Positions 1 to 9,180 are shown, counted from the stretch's first letter. The stretch is 24,000 nt of DNA from Gammaproteobacteria bacterium (GCA_965224815.1 CBDDAF010000002.1:93751-117750); one strand, 5' to 3'. Notes: generated by a model from the letters alone, not told the origin. Translations and numbers: made by a program.

Positions 1-59
1 CAGCTTTGAAGGATTGATTGCTGACCTGCAGAATATAAATTTGTAACTTTAGGGCCAGG

Positions 60-857
60 TTAATCGTCATTGCGACCGTAAAATATTTCATTCATTTCAC
101 GCTCAACGCGCTGGCTGATTTTTACAATATCGGCAGTCGCCAGATCTTCCAGTTTTATCCCAAAAAGATAATCATCCAGTACAAATTCATTCAGCCGCAT
201 TTTGGTGTGAAAGATTTTTTCCTGATAAACATTCACATCGAGCATCTGGTAACGCTCACGGGTATCCTGCGAGAGAAAGTTCTGAATCGAATTGATCTTA
301 TGGTCGATAAAATGCTTTTTACCCTGCTCATCGCGGGTAAATCCACGCACCCGATAATCCATGATGACAATATCGGATTCAAAGCTGTGGATCAGATAAT
401 TCAGTGCTTTCAATGGCGAAATAACACCACAGGTCGATACATCAATATCAACACGAAAAGTACTGATACCACCATCCGGGTGAATTTCGGGATAGGTATG
501 CACCGTGACATGGCTTTTATCGAGATGCCCAACCACAGCATCGGGTAATGGACCAGGCCTGGCGCTGTTACCCGATGCGTTGGGTAGAATCGAATCTTCA
601 GCGATCAGCATGGTGACACTCGCACCTTGCGGCTCATAATCCTGGCGGGCAATGTTAAGAATGTTCGCACCAATAATCTCGCAAACATCTTTCAATATGT
701 GTGTCAGACGTTCCGCATTGTATTCTTCGTCAATATATTCAATATACTTCTGTTCGTGCTCAACTTCGGCATAACAAATATCATAAATATTGAAACTCAG
801 AGTTTTGGTCAGATTATTAAAACCCTGTAGCTTGATATTTTGCGGTATTACAGTCAT
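60..857 (-). CDS. speD: S-adenosylmethionine decarboxylase proenzyme (pyruvoyl-dependent, enterobacterial SpeD type)
   Basis: 265-aa ORF. It is colinear with E. coli SpeD as I recall it, through [36 protein letters not shown] (self-processing Ser), [28 protein letters not shown] and [13 protein letters not shown]. The ATG at 855-857 lies 6 nt after the upstream gene stop, which suggests translational coupling. Confidence 0.95.
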   Translation of the reverse strand: MTVIPQNIKLQGFNNLTKTLSFNIYDICYAEVEHEQKYIEYIDEEYNAERLTHILKDVCEIIGANILNIARQDYEPQGASVTMLIAEDSILPNASGNSARPGPLPDAVVGHLDKSHVTVHTYPEIHPDGGISTFRVDIDVSTCGVISPLKALNYLIHSFESDIVIMDYRVRGFTRDEQGKKHFIDHKINSIQNFLSQDTRERYQMLDVNVYQEKIFHTKMRLNEFVLDDYLFGIKLEDLATADIVKISQRVEREMNEIFYGRNDD

Positions 858-863
858 GTCAGT

Positions 864-1256
864 TCAGGCAATCGGTGGATGATAAATCATTTGCACAATA
901 ACGCCCTCGGGATCACTGCAGTAAAAACTGCGCGCGCCATCACGATGCGATCTCGCTGTACTTTTCATTTCGACATCGTTCGCCAACAAGTATTCATACC
1001 ATTCATCCACCAGCTCCGGTGTGCTGAGAATAAAGCCGATATGGTCAAGACGTTGCGGTGTGCCCACACAATCTTCCTGCTCTGTTTTGTGTAACGCCAG
1101 ATTATCATTGCCTGAGGTCAGGTAGACATTCTCTGCATCCGGCCGCCATTCAACCTGCATTCCCAGTAAGTCAACATAAAAGGCTTCTGCACGTTTAAGA
1201 TCGCGGACATTCAGCGCCACGTGGCGCATTCCCGCTGTCGCTGCCGGTTTTTTCAC
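864..1256 (-). CDS. VOC (glyoxalase / bleomycin-resistance / dioxygenase) family protein
   Basis: 130-aa ORF with a VOC-like N-terminal beta-alpha-beta-beta-beta signature (MRHVALNVRDLKRAEAFYVDLLGM ... LDHIGF). The GTG start at 1254-1256 is preceded by GAGGAA inside the end of the upstream gene. An alternative ATG lies at 1227-1229. It is packed tightly between yhfA-like and speD, consistent with one operon. Confidence 0.75.
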   Translation of the reverse strand: MKKPAATAGMRHVALNVRDLKRAEAFYVDLLGMQVEWRPDAENVYLTSGNDNLALHKTEQEDCVGTPQRLDHIGFILSTPELVDEWYEYLLANDVEMKSTARSHRDGARSFYCSDPEGVIVQMIYHPPIA

Positions 1257-1259
1257 AGT

Positions 1260-1676
1260 TTATTCCTCGATAATTTCATAATCGTGTGTCACATCGGCTA
1301 CCTTGCCGAGCATGATAGACGCTGAACAATATTTTTCAGCCGATAATTGAACAGCCCGTGCGACGTGCTTTTCGGCAATTCCATTACCCTTAACCACAAA
1401 ATGCACGTGTATTTTAGTGAAAATTTTCGGGTCTGTCTCGGCCCTTTCGGCTTCTATTTCAACATAACAATCCGTTACCGACTGGCGCGATTTCTCCAAA
1501 ATCATCATGACATCAAACGCCGTACAGCCACCCAGCCCCAACAGCAGCATTTCCATTGGCCGTACGCCGAGATTACGACCACCGTGCTCTGGTGGTCCAT
1601 CCATTACCACGGCATGACCACTGCCTGTTTCTCCAAGAAATGTCTTGTCCTGCACCCATTTAACCCGTGCTTTCAT
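1260..1676 (-). CDS. yhfA: OsmC/Ohr-superfamily protein, YhfA-like
   Basis: From the internal Met the protein reads MKARVKWVQDKTFLGETGSGH...PMEMLLLGLGGCTAFDV...LSAEKYCSASIMLGK. This parallels E. coli YhfA (MQARVKWVEGLTFLGES...SAEKYCSV). The start is moved from the track value 1715 to the ATG at 1674-1676 because a GGAGG lies 7 nt upstream. It is divergent from and adjacent to crp, as in E. coli. Confidence 0.85.
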   Translation of the reverse strand: MKARVKWVQDKTFLGETGSGHAVVMDGPPEHGGRNLGVRPMEMLLLGLGGCTAFDVMMILEKSRQSVTDCYVEIEAERAETDPKIFTKIHVHFVVKGNGIAEKHVARAVQLSAEKYCSASIMLGKVADVTHDYEIIEE

Positions 1677-1817
1677 AAAATAGCCTCCAGAATATTGCTT
1701 CAAAGATGTCCGCACACAGTGGAATGACTCTCTGCTGATTTTAGATTCAGCCAGATTGTCCGTTATTACAACCTATAAAGCGTCATCACATTTGGCCAGC
1801 GAAGGTACTTCTAAATT
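1677..1817. promoter_or_regulatory. Divergent intergenic control region between yhfA-like operon and crp
   Basis: 141-nt non-coding gap between divergent genes. For crp there is a candidate sigma70 pair TTAGAT (1741-1746) and TATTAC (1764-1769) with 17-nt spacing. A GAAGG Shine-Dalgarno lies at 1801-1805, 12 nt before the ATG. A TCACATTT CRP half-site lies at 1786-1793. These are motif matches by eye only. Confidence 0.35.
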
Positions 1818-2465
1818 ATGTTAAACACAATAGCCAGACCCGGCACCGAACAGAAAAAATCCTCCATCGACAGATTTCTGGAGCATTGCCATCGACGCCG
1901 TTATCCGTCAAAAAGTGTGATTATTTATGAAGGTGACCAGCCGGATGTGCTGTATTATATTGTCAGTGGCTCAGTTTCGGTACTCATGGAAGATAATGAG
2001 GGTAAGGAAATTGTCCTTGCCTACCTCAATAAAGGTGACTTTTTTGGCGAGCTGGGCCTGTTTGACGAAGAAATCAATCGCAGCGCCTGGGTACGCACAC
2101 GTACCGAATGTGAGCTGGCAGAAATCAGTTACAACCGCTACCGGCAGATCGCTGAGAAAAACCCAGATATCCTGTTTGCACTGGCTTCACAAATGGCCGG
2201 TCGCCTGCGTAACACAAGCCGCAAAGTGGGTAACCTGGCTTTTCTGGATGTCACTGGTCGCATCGCTGCCACCTTGCTGGATCTGTGTAAGCAACCGGAT
2301 GCCATGACCCATCCTGACGGCATGCAAATCAGGGTAACTCGTCAGGAACTCGGCCGGATAGTCGGTTGCTCTCGGGAAATGGCTGGGCGCGTACTGAAGT
2401 CGCTGGTTGAACAGGGACTGCTTACGGCTAAAGGGAAAACCATAGTGGTGTTTGGGACGCGTTAA
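1818..2465 (+). CDS. crp: cAMP receptor protein, Crp/Vfr global transcription regulator
   Basis: 215-aa ORF that is very close to E. coli Crp over its whole length. Shared stretches include [33 protein letters not shown] (cAMP pocket), [49 protein letters not shown] (HTH) and [10 protein letters not shown]. Confidence 0.96.
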   Translation: MLNTIARPGTEQKKSSIDRFLEHCHRRRYPSKSVIIYEGDQPDVLYYIVSGSVSVLMEDNEGKEIVLAYLNKGDFFGELGLFDEEINRSAWVRTRTECELAEISYNRYRQIAEKNPDILFALASQMAGRLRNTSRKVGNLAFLDVTGRIAATLLDLCKQPDAMTHPDGMQIRVTRQELGRIVGCSREMAGRVLKSLVEQGLLTAKGKTIVVFGTR

Positions 2466-2490
2466 TCCCGGTAACCCAGAATTAATTCTA

Positions 2491-2530
2491 GGTGCAGATG
2501 CAAGTTCAGAATTATCCTGCATGCTCCACC
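2491..2530. terminator. Candidate bidirectional hairpin terminator between convergent crp and trpC
   Basis: An imperfect inverted repeat GGTGCAGATGCA ... TGCATGCTCCACC (about 11 pairs with one bulge) sits in the 64-nt gap between the two stop codons. There is no clear U-tract. Confidence 0.3.
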
Positions 2531-3324
2531 TACGAAAATAATTCATTTAACTTTTCGCCTGGCTCATCGGCACGCATAAATGCTTCTCCTACCAGGAAAG
2601 TATGTATTCCATTAGTACGCATTTTGTCCACATCTTCCCTGCTGTGAATACCACTCTCGGTTACCAGTAATCGATCAGCAGGGAAATCCTTTTTAAGCGT
2701 TAGCGTAGTATCCAGTGAGGTTTCAAAGGTTCGTAGGTTGCGATTATTGACGCCGATTAAACGTGCTGGTAATGCCAGCGCACGTGCCATTTCTTCGGTA
2801 TCATGCACTTCAACAAGGGCATCCATACCCAGCTCATGGGTAATCCCTAACAGCTCCTGCAATTGTTGATCTGTCAACGCTGCAACAATCAACAAAATAC
2901 AATCAGCGTTTAATGATCTGGCTTCATAAATCTGCCAGGGATCGATGGTAAAATCCTTTCTCAATACTGGTAGAGAAACCGCCGAGCGCGCCTGTTGCAG
3001 ATAGGCATCACTACCCTGAAAGAAATCTATATCGGTCAACACAGATAGACAGGTAGCACCACCACGTTGATAACTTGCTGCAATCACCGCCGGTTCAAAG
3101 TCTTCACGAATCACACCTTTGCTCGGTGATGCCTTCTTAATTTCAGCAATAACCGCCGCCTGATTTGTGGCGACCTGTTGTTGCAGAGCATAGATAAAAC
3201 CTCTCGTCTTATCAGCATTACCCGCTTGTTGCCGGATAGCCTGCAAGTTCACACGCGCACGCCGTTCAGCAACTTCTTCCTGCTTGCGCGTCAGGATTTT
3301 CTTTAAAATATCGGAATTCGTCAT
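2530..3324 (-). CDS. trpC: Indole-3-glycerol-phosphate synthase (monofunctional)
   Basis: 264-aa ORF with IGPS hallmarks: [52 protein letters not shown] and FLVGEA. Confidence 0.93.
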   Translation of the reverse strand: MTNSDILKKILTRKQEEVAERRARVNLQAIRQQAGNADKTRGFIYALQQQVATNQAAVIAEIKKASPSKGVIREDFEPAVIAASYQRGGATCLSVLTDIDFFQGSDAYLQQARSAVSLPVLRKDFTIDPWQIYEARSLNADCILLIVAALTDQQLQELLGITHELGMDALVEVHDTEEMARALALPARLIGVNNRNLRTFETSLDTTLTLKKDFPADRLLVTESGIHSREDVDKMRTNGIHTFLVGEAFMRADEPGEKLNELFS

Positions 3325-3396
3325 AATTTTATATTGAACAGTCTGTTAGTAATTTTTTTGGGCAAGGTAGCGGATCCACATAATATGAGCAGCAGT

Positions 3397-3430
3397 GTAG
3401 GTTGGGCTTCGTACCTCAGCCACAACCTAC
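3397..3430. repeat. REP-like intergenic palindrome between trpD and trpC
   Basis: GTAGGTTGGGC-ttcgtacctca-GCCaCAACCTAC forms an 11-bp stem with one bulge in the 134-nt trpD-trpC spacer. It resembles the GTAGGTTGGG...CCCAACCTAC type of extragenic palindromes seen in several gammaproteobacteria (from memory). Confidence 0.45.
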
Positions 3431-3458
3431 CCAAGAGCTTTTTACTGGATCATCTCTG

Positions 3459-3743
3459 TCATGTGTTCCGGGGAAAAACAATGAGTTGCTGGAACACCGC
3501 TTTTGCCTGACCATCTGCGATCACTTCGGCTGCTCTGGTAATACCGGCTTCCAGTGTTTCTGTCAGGCCCGCAACATAAATCGCTGCACCAGCATTCAGC
3601 ACCACGATATCCAGTGCCGAGCCGGATTCGTTATTGAGAACAGCATTAATCATAGCCAGGCTTTGCTGCGCATTTTCAACAGATAGCCCGGATAGTCGGG
3701 TGCGCTGCAGACCAAACTGTTCTGGGGTTATACTGTAGACAGG
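3459..3743 (-). pseudogene. trpD: 3-prime fragment of anthranilate phosphoribosyltransferase gene (last ~95 codons only)
   Basis: The minus-strand frame reads ...PVYSITPEQFGLQRTRLSGLSVENAQQSLAMINAVLNNESGSALDIVVLNAGAAIYVAGLTETLEAGITRAAEVIADGQA..., a typical TrpD C-terminus. The frame is open upstream of the track Met. It hits an in-frame TAA at 3753-3755, and homology is lost beyond about 3,741. The N-terminal ~250 codons are absent. Confidence 0.85.
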
Positions 3744-3755
3744 GAAATGATTTTA
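3741..3755. other. Breakpoint between bacterial and eukaryote-like sequence
   Basis: The last interpretable TrpD codons (VYSIT) are at 3726-3740. Downstream the coding frame dies, and composition and feature content change to AT-rich repeats and retroelements. Confidence 0.8.
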
Positions 3756-3956
3756 TTATTACTATAATTAATGGAAATTAGTTTTAGCAATAAACGTCTA
3801 TTCATAATTGCCTCCCATCCCGCCTCGTTCATGCATGTGCCACGCGATTATCCCCAGACGGTCAAGGTCGCTGCCGAGTCTCGGAAAAATGTAGAAAAAA
3901 CAAGGATGCGAGCACGCAACCAAATTTAGGCATATGACTACGTTTTTAAGACGCGG

Positions 3957-4497
3957 TAGTCGGGTTGCCAGCCAATGCAAAACATAGACGAACCTGGAAA
4001 TCGGGTACATACGAAATGTTTTGAGCGTTTCTGGTACGTTGAAGTATGCTGATTCAGGAACTGCATGATGCCACTCTGGAAACATTGAGCACTTTTTTTT
4101 AGAACCATTTAAAAATCACCCCTGTCAGCCAAAACATTATTGCACTGTTTACGCGTATTGCGCGGTGTCGCTACTAGTTATCGCATTCAAACAGAACGCC
4201 CGCGCCTGCGAGCATTTGCTATTTCTGTAAAACCATGCACATTATTTCATTTCTTTGTTATACACAAATAATATATAATACGAACACTTACTTGTGAATA
4301 TATATAATGTTCGTATTCCCATAATTACAGTTATTATAACAGATTTTCGGTGTGTGCGTAAATCACATGCCGTCACGCTGTCTATGTATTGCTATCATTT
4401 TGTATCGATAGGAGCATCAGGGAAAACATGTTTAATAATAGGTAATAATTTAAATATCAAATAATCGTGATAAGATTTCAGCAGGTTAGGTAGCAAA
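3957..4497 (+). repeat. Long inverted repeat, left arm
   Basis: The reverse complement of 6523-7051 aligns by eye nearly base for base. One example is aacctggaaatcgggtacatacgaaatgttttgagcgtttctggtac against rc of 6940-7027. Others are the cgcattcaaacagaacgcccgcg and ataatacgaacac blocks. Mismatches and small indels are scattered. Weaker similarity may continue outward to about 3,830. Confidence 0.85.
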
Positions 4498-5729
4498 ACA
4501 ACTTCTATCGTGCACCAGCGTTCTCTCAGCTATGCTTAATCGCGTAAATGTAGAGCTACACTGTACACAAGTCAGCAAGACAGAGTCAAAGTGTATATTT
4601 CCAAACTGTCGACAAAACAAATGTCTTAGTATCGCAGGTACCCTGAGTACTGTACAACAACGATTATAGCTGCCAGTAAATTGCATGGAGGTAACATTCC
4701 CATAGCCTTGGACAATGAGCTGCTCTTCTTCTCCATCGAGTCCTCGATAGTTACTATTAGATAGATTCCTCCCAGTGTTTGGCACAGTTGAAACCGGTAA
4801 GGTTTGGCATAGCCAGGTCTGTCCATGTGCAATTGGGGGCATCACCACATGTCATAACATGACACATGTAGAGTGCCTACACTGTACACAAGTGCTTAAA
4901 CATTCAAACTGGACCATGTTATAGGAACTAATGTGGCGACCCGTAAACACATCAGCAGAGCAATAATCAGGCATGGTTGCAATGCAGTCTGCCAGCAGTT
5001 CCCACAAAATCGTCCATTCACAAGTGATCACAATAAAGACATTGAATGAAGATACACAAATACGGAGGGTCTGCGTTTATGACATGGATAGGGGTCTCAA
5101 CCTTACGGCAGACTACTTTTAATTTCTCAGAAGGAATGTGACTCCCCCGATTGGCCCTGCCTCGATACACTTCTGTTATTCAAGCTGACGCCACTTCCTC
5201 CAGATCTATTCGACTGTTACGGGTGCCTGAGGAAAATACATAGGCACCACTACCACATAAACCGGGCAACTGGAACGAGAAGAACAGGGAACCTGTCGTC
5301 GTCATCGTCCATGGAAGCGAGAAGCAATAGGACTTCCGACAGATTCGGCATAACTTCATAAGGACAATGAAGAACCGCACGTGTAGGAATATTCGATGGA
5401 TATGACGAATGATCTATCAAAACGAGCCAGGAGAGGAGCAGCAGCGATGTGTCACACGATCAAGCTGACTATTGAAACGAATCTGCCTACATGGATACAA
5501 TCATGAAATTACCTACAACAAATAGAACCTGATCAACATTGTCATCAGCAAAGAAAATGACTCACGTATATATATACAATGCAAATGCAGTGGGGAGGAA
5601 ACAGTGTTGGGCCTACATGTAAACATGGTTGCCACATCAACGGCTTGATCAAATCTTCCATCGACCAAGACGATGAACACATCAATGTTGTAGCCGATGA
5701 CACGGGTATATTCGCGTTGTGATACAGTC

Positions 5730-6400
5730 GGCTGTTCGGCAAATGGAAAACATCTGTGTCAACAATGATCACATGGTGAGTCATTCCCTCCCTGACACTC
5801 CATTCTCTTTTATATCACCACTCGCTCTATCCAACCATCCTATCTTAGGCCTTCCTCTCTTCCGTACATTTCCATCGTCATTCTACCTATGCAGTGCTCT
5901 TCTCTTCTCACCATATGCCCGTACCAGTTCCGCATCCTATATTGGATTTCCATTGCGATTTCTCCCACTTTCGGTTCTTCGATCCAGTATCTTTCATTCG
6001 TTATCCTGTCGACCTTTGTAACTTCCCATATCCATCATAGCAATTTCTTTTATTGTGCCTTCTGCAATGTCCCTGCTCCGATCTTACCACTGTCATGTAC
6101 AGCTTCCTCTAGGGTCTATACGTTCATTTTCTGTCACTCAACACTACACAGATTCTCTTCCAGTTCTTCTAACCGTTCTGCACGCTGAGGGGGACTTCTG
6201 TATCCAGTTCTCCATCTTCCTCTAACGTCGGTCCCAGATGCTTATTTGAATGCGTTCACTCTCTCTACTGTCTCTTCCTGTAAATGGATACGCCCAAGGA
6301 AAATCTACCTGCCTCCAACCGATCTCGCAACATACCAGTACTTGCGTCCTATGGAAGCCTTTGGCAACATTGAGCCTCCAACAATCACGGTGTAAGATTT
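5730..6400 (-). mobile_element. Decayed RTE-like non-LTR retrotransposon relic (RT C-terminal part)
   Basis: Minus-strand conceptual translation is broken by stops and frameshifts. It reads ETVERVNAFK / LGPTLEEDGELDTEV / RVQNG.KNWKRIS.VL.DRKMNV / TKVDRITNER / KVGEIA / NWYGHMVRREEH / GRPKIGWLDRASGDIKENGVSG. This follows the conserved tail of RTE-clade reverse transcriptases as I recall them. Confidence 0.65.
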
Positions 6401-6522
6401 ATGAGAACTAGAGAAAACCGTCGCATGTGTGTGCAATTATGCCATGCACGGAAGGCACGTTCAAGGCACGCAAGTTCCCATCAGGCTGTTGGCATTGCAT
6501 GTACGGCTATACAAATTACTCT

Positions 6523-7051
6523 ATTGCTACACAACCTGCTGATTATAACGATTATTTGATATCTAAATTGTGTGTTTAGTATTTTAAAAAAAATTCCCTG
6601 ATGCTCCTATCGTTATAAAATTATAGAAATACATACACAGCGTGACGGCATGTGATTTACGCACACACCAAAAATCTGTTATAATAACTGTAATTATGGG
6701 AATACGAACATTATATGCTTTTCACAAGTAAGTGTTCGTATTATATAATATTTGTGTATAACAAAGAAATGCAATAATGTGCATAGATTTACAGAAATAG
6801 CAAATGCTCGCAGACGCGGGCGTTCTGTTTGAATGCGATAATTAGTAGCGTAGCCGCGCAATACGCGTAAACAATGCAATAATGTTTTGGCTGACAGGGG
6901 TGATTTTAAAATGGTTCTAAAAAAAATTGCTCAATGTTTCCCGAGTGGCATCATGCAGTTCCTGAATCAGCATACTTCAAAGTACCAGAAACGCTCAAAA
7001 CATTTCGTATGTACTCGACTTCCAGGTATGCCCCCTGTGCCACCCGACTAC
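6523..7051 (-). repeat. Long inverted repeat, right arm
   Basis: This is the mirror copy of 3957-4497 (see left arm). The two arms are separated by about 2.0 kb that contains the RTE relic. Confidence 0.85.
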
Positions 7052-7762
7052 GGTGCGAGCCGCGCGCTAGTCTGGGTGCTGTGCATGTGGAACAAGCAAA
7101 CAACTAGGCCCCTACTTTTAAGTTAGTATGGCGTTCTGCAAAGTTAAACAAATTCAGAAAATCCAAGATAACTATGGAAGTGGGGACATGCCGAAGTGGG
7201 TGGGTGGGTCCAGATCTCATTCGGAATTTTTGTGTGGAAAATCGACCCAAAATAAAGTTTTTCGTCTATAGTATAGGGCCTACATTTCGTGACATGCCCA
7301 GGGTGCGTATTTTTTGTACGTAGGCCTATGTTGTTAGACAGTCATTGCGATATGAGTGTTCCGTCCATGTCAGAAAGTGATAGGTTTCCAAAGAAATTGG
7401 ATAGAAGGGTGCGCGGGTGGGGAGATCTCTATCCAGGTTTTTCTTTCTTTCTAACTTTGCAAAGCGCTACGCCCAGGCACTTGCATATAGCTATCGCGCC
7501 ATATTAAATTGTGTCTAGATATTCGAGCTTAGTTACCAAAGAGTAGCAAAAGTACTCAGGAATTATCGGCCAAAACGGCAACCTGAGTAACGATATGTTG
7601 CTATAGCGATCCATCGTCACAATGAGTGGCGCGGTAATAGGCTCCTACGAACAAATTCGCTAGAAGGCCCTCGGATATTGCTCCCATGGAGCGTTTGATG
7701 TCCAATTACGAAAAATACTGAAAAAACATCGATAATTGCCACACCCGTAATTTCAAATCTAA

Positions 7763-7789
7763 ATAGGCCCTATAATATAGGGCCTATTA
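7763..7789. repeat. 27-bp perfect palindrome
   Basis: AATAGGCCCTATA-A-TATAGGGCCTATT has 13-bp arms around a single central base. Confidence 0.9.
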
Positions 7790-8164
7790 TATAGGGGAGA
7801 CCGGGGCCAGTCCGCCTACGGGGCACGTCCGCCACTTGGCTTTTACTTCGTTACAATTCTTGTTTTGGTAATTCCGGAAATATGACACTGTTGCACATTC
7901 ATCAATGCACTTCTCACGGAAATATGAGGCTCACAAGTCAAAAATAGAAACATTGTGGGACGAAAACGTATTTTTGGAGTTAAAAGTAAAAACAATTTTT
8001 TTTTAATTATTTCAAATTCATAAACTTTTCATTGTAATTTGTCAAACTTTCATAGTGCCAAAATATAGAGTACATATTGTAGTTTCCGCCTGTCTCTTGC
8101 GTCTAATTCTATTTGATGACCTGAATTTATATTTAAACCTCAAACATCACTACCCATCTTGGGG

Positions 8165-8204
8165 CACGTCAGTAGTATATAGTTGTCTATATACTACTCA
8201 CGTC
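8165..8204. repeat. 28-bp perfect hairpin flanked by 6-bp direct repeats
   Basis: The sequence is CACGTC-AGTAGTATATAG-ttgt-CTATATACTACT-CACGTC. Removing the hairpin plus one CACGTC restores GGGGCACGTCCGCC, which occurs intact at 7820-7833. Confidence 0.8.
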
Positions 8205-8261
8205 CGCCTACCTTCCTCGGGGCTCATCCGCCCGTAGACCTCACCACAGTTAATGCTGCAT

Positions 8262-9180
8262 AATGATAATAATAATGACATTATATTCTATAATACGGTG
8301 TTGCATGTGCGTGAGGGCGCGTGTGTGCGCGCGCTTACGGGTGCGCGTGCGTGTGTGCGTGCATGTGTGCGTGCGTGCGCGTATATATGCATGTATTATT
8401 TTTATATTATATTATTATATATGCGGGCGCAGTTTGTGCGTACGTGTGTGCGTACGTGTATGTATGGTCTACCTATACGTACATGCGAACGTATACATGC
8501 ATACGTGTGCGTGGGCGCATGTGCGTACGCGACTGCACGCGTGCAAGGGTGCGCATGTGTGCGTATGTGTGTGCGTAATCGTCTGCAGGTGTTTGCGCGT
8601 GTGGGCGCGTGCGAATGGGCGCTTGCGGGTGCGGGCACATTCGTGCGCGCGTGAGGCTGCGCAGTGTCTATGCATGCATGTGCGTGTGGGCAAGCATGCG
8701 TGTACACGCTGGCGTACATGCAGGTGTGCGTCCGTGTGTGTATATATGCATGTACAGTGTATAGTATCATTATATTATATTATTATTATATATGCGGGCT
8801 CAGTGTATCCGTACGTTTGTGGGTACGTGTGTGCGGACGTATATGTACGTACGTGCATGCGAGCGTATATGCGTACGTGTCTGCGGGCACATGAGTGTAT
8901 GCGTGCGCGTACGTGAGTGTGCGTGTGTGAGGGTGCGCATGTGTGTATTCGTGGTGAGGGTATGGACGTGTGTGCGCGTGGCGTGCGCTTGCGGGTGCAT
9001 GCACGTGCGTGCGCGTGTGAGGTTGCACATATGTATGCATGTGTCGTGCGCGTGTGGGTGCGCATGCGGGTGCGCTGGCGGGCTCGCGTACATGCGGATG
9101 TACGTGCGTGCGTGCGCGTATATGATTACTATATTATATTATTATATATGCGGGTGCAGTGTGTGCGTACCGTGTGTCAC
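8262..9180 (+). repeat. GT/GC-rich low-complexity satellite with ~360-bp higher-order period
   Basis: Long GTGCGTGC/GTGTGCGT-type tracts are punctuated by an AT-rich spacer ending in TATATATGCGGG(C/T)(G/T)CAGTGT. The spacers lie at about 8393-8440, 8761-8810 and 9121-9165, giving spacings of ~372 and ~356 bp. A partial unit lies at 8262-8392. There is strong strand asymmetry, with G+T on plus. Confidence 0.85.
8341..8396. other. 56-bp perfectly alternating purine-pyrimidine tract (Z-DNA-prone)
   Basis: gtgcgcgtgcgtgtgtgcgtgcatgtgtgcgtgcgtgcgcgtatatatgcatgtat alternates R-Y at every position, checked base by base. Confidence 0.9.

Noticed and set aside
1786-1793. CRP-binding site upstream of crp (autoregulation)
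   Set aside because: Only the right half-site TCACATTT is present. The expected TGTGA half 6 nt upstream is absent (ataaa).
207-3686. Antisense or alternative-frame ORFs inside the bacterial genes (207-548, 627-830, 840-1094, 1347-1727, 1927-2307, 2138-2323, 2187-2546, 3402-3686)
   Set aside because: Each lies fully within or against a gene with strong family identity (speD, VOC, yhfA, crp, trpC, trpD). None has a recognisable motif or ribosome-binding site.
1-3743. Search for a novel prokaryotic system (defence, toxin-antitoxin, secretion, BGC) in the bacterial part
   Set aside because: All ORFs are accounted for by well-known core metabolism or regulator families with conserved synteny. 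No orphan ORFs, atypical-composition islands or mobile-element genes were seen.
3798-7126. ORFs 3798-4085 (minus) and 6887-7126 (plus), plus small ORFs 4486-6188
   Set aside because: The first two are mirror images lying in the two arms of the long inverted repeat, and they are in different frames. The others lie in decayed RTE or unique AT-rich sequence. There is no domain similarity and no splice or start context I can support.
7127-7485. Small inverted match (ctgcaaagttaaaca vs ctaactttgcaaag) and a ~45-bp direct repeat around AGATCT (7190-7245 vs 7405-7450), suggestive of a MITE
   Set aside because: Similarity is patchy, and it mixes direct and inverted orientation. I could not define ends or a target-site duplication by eye.
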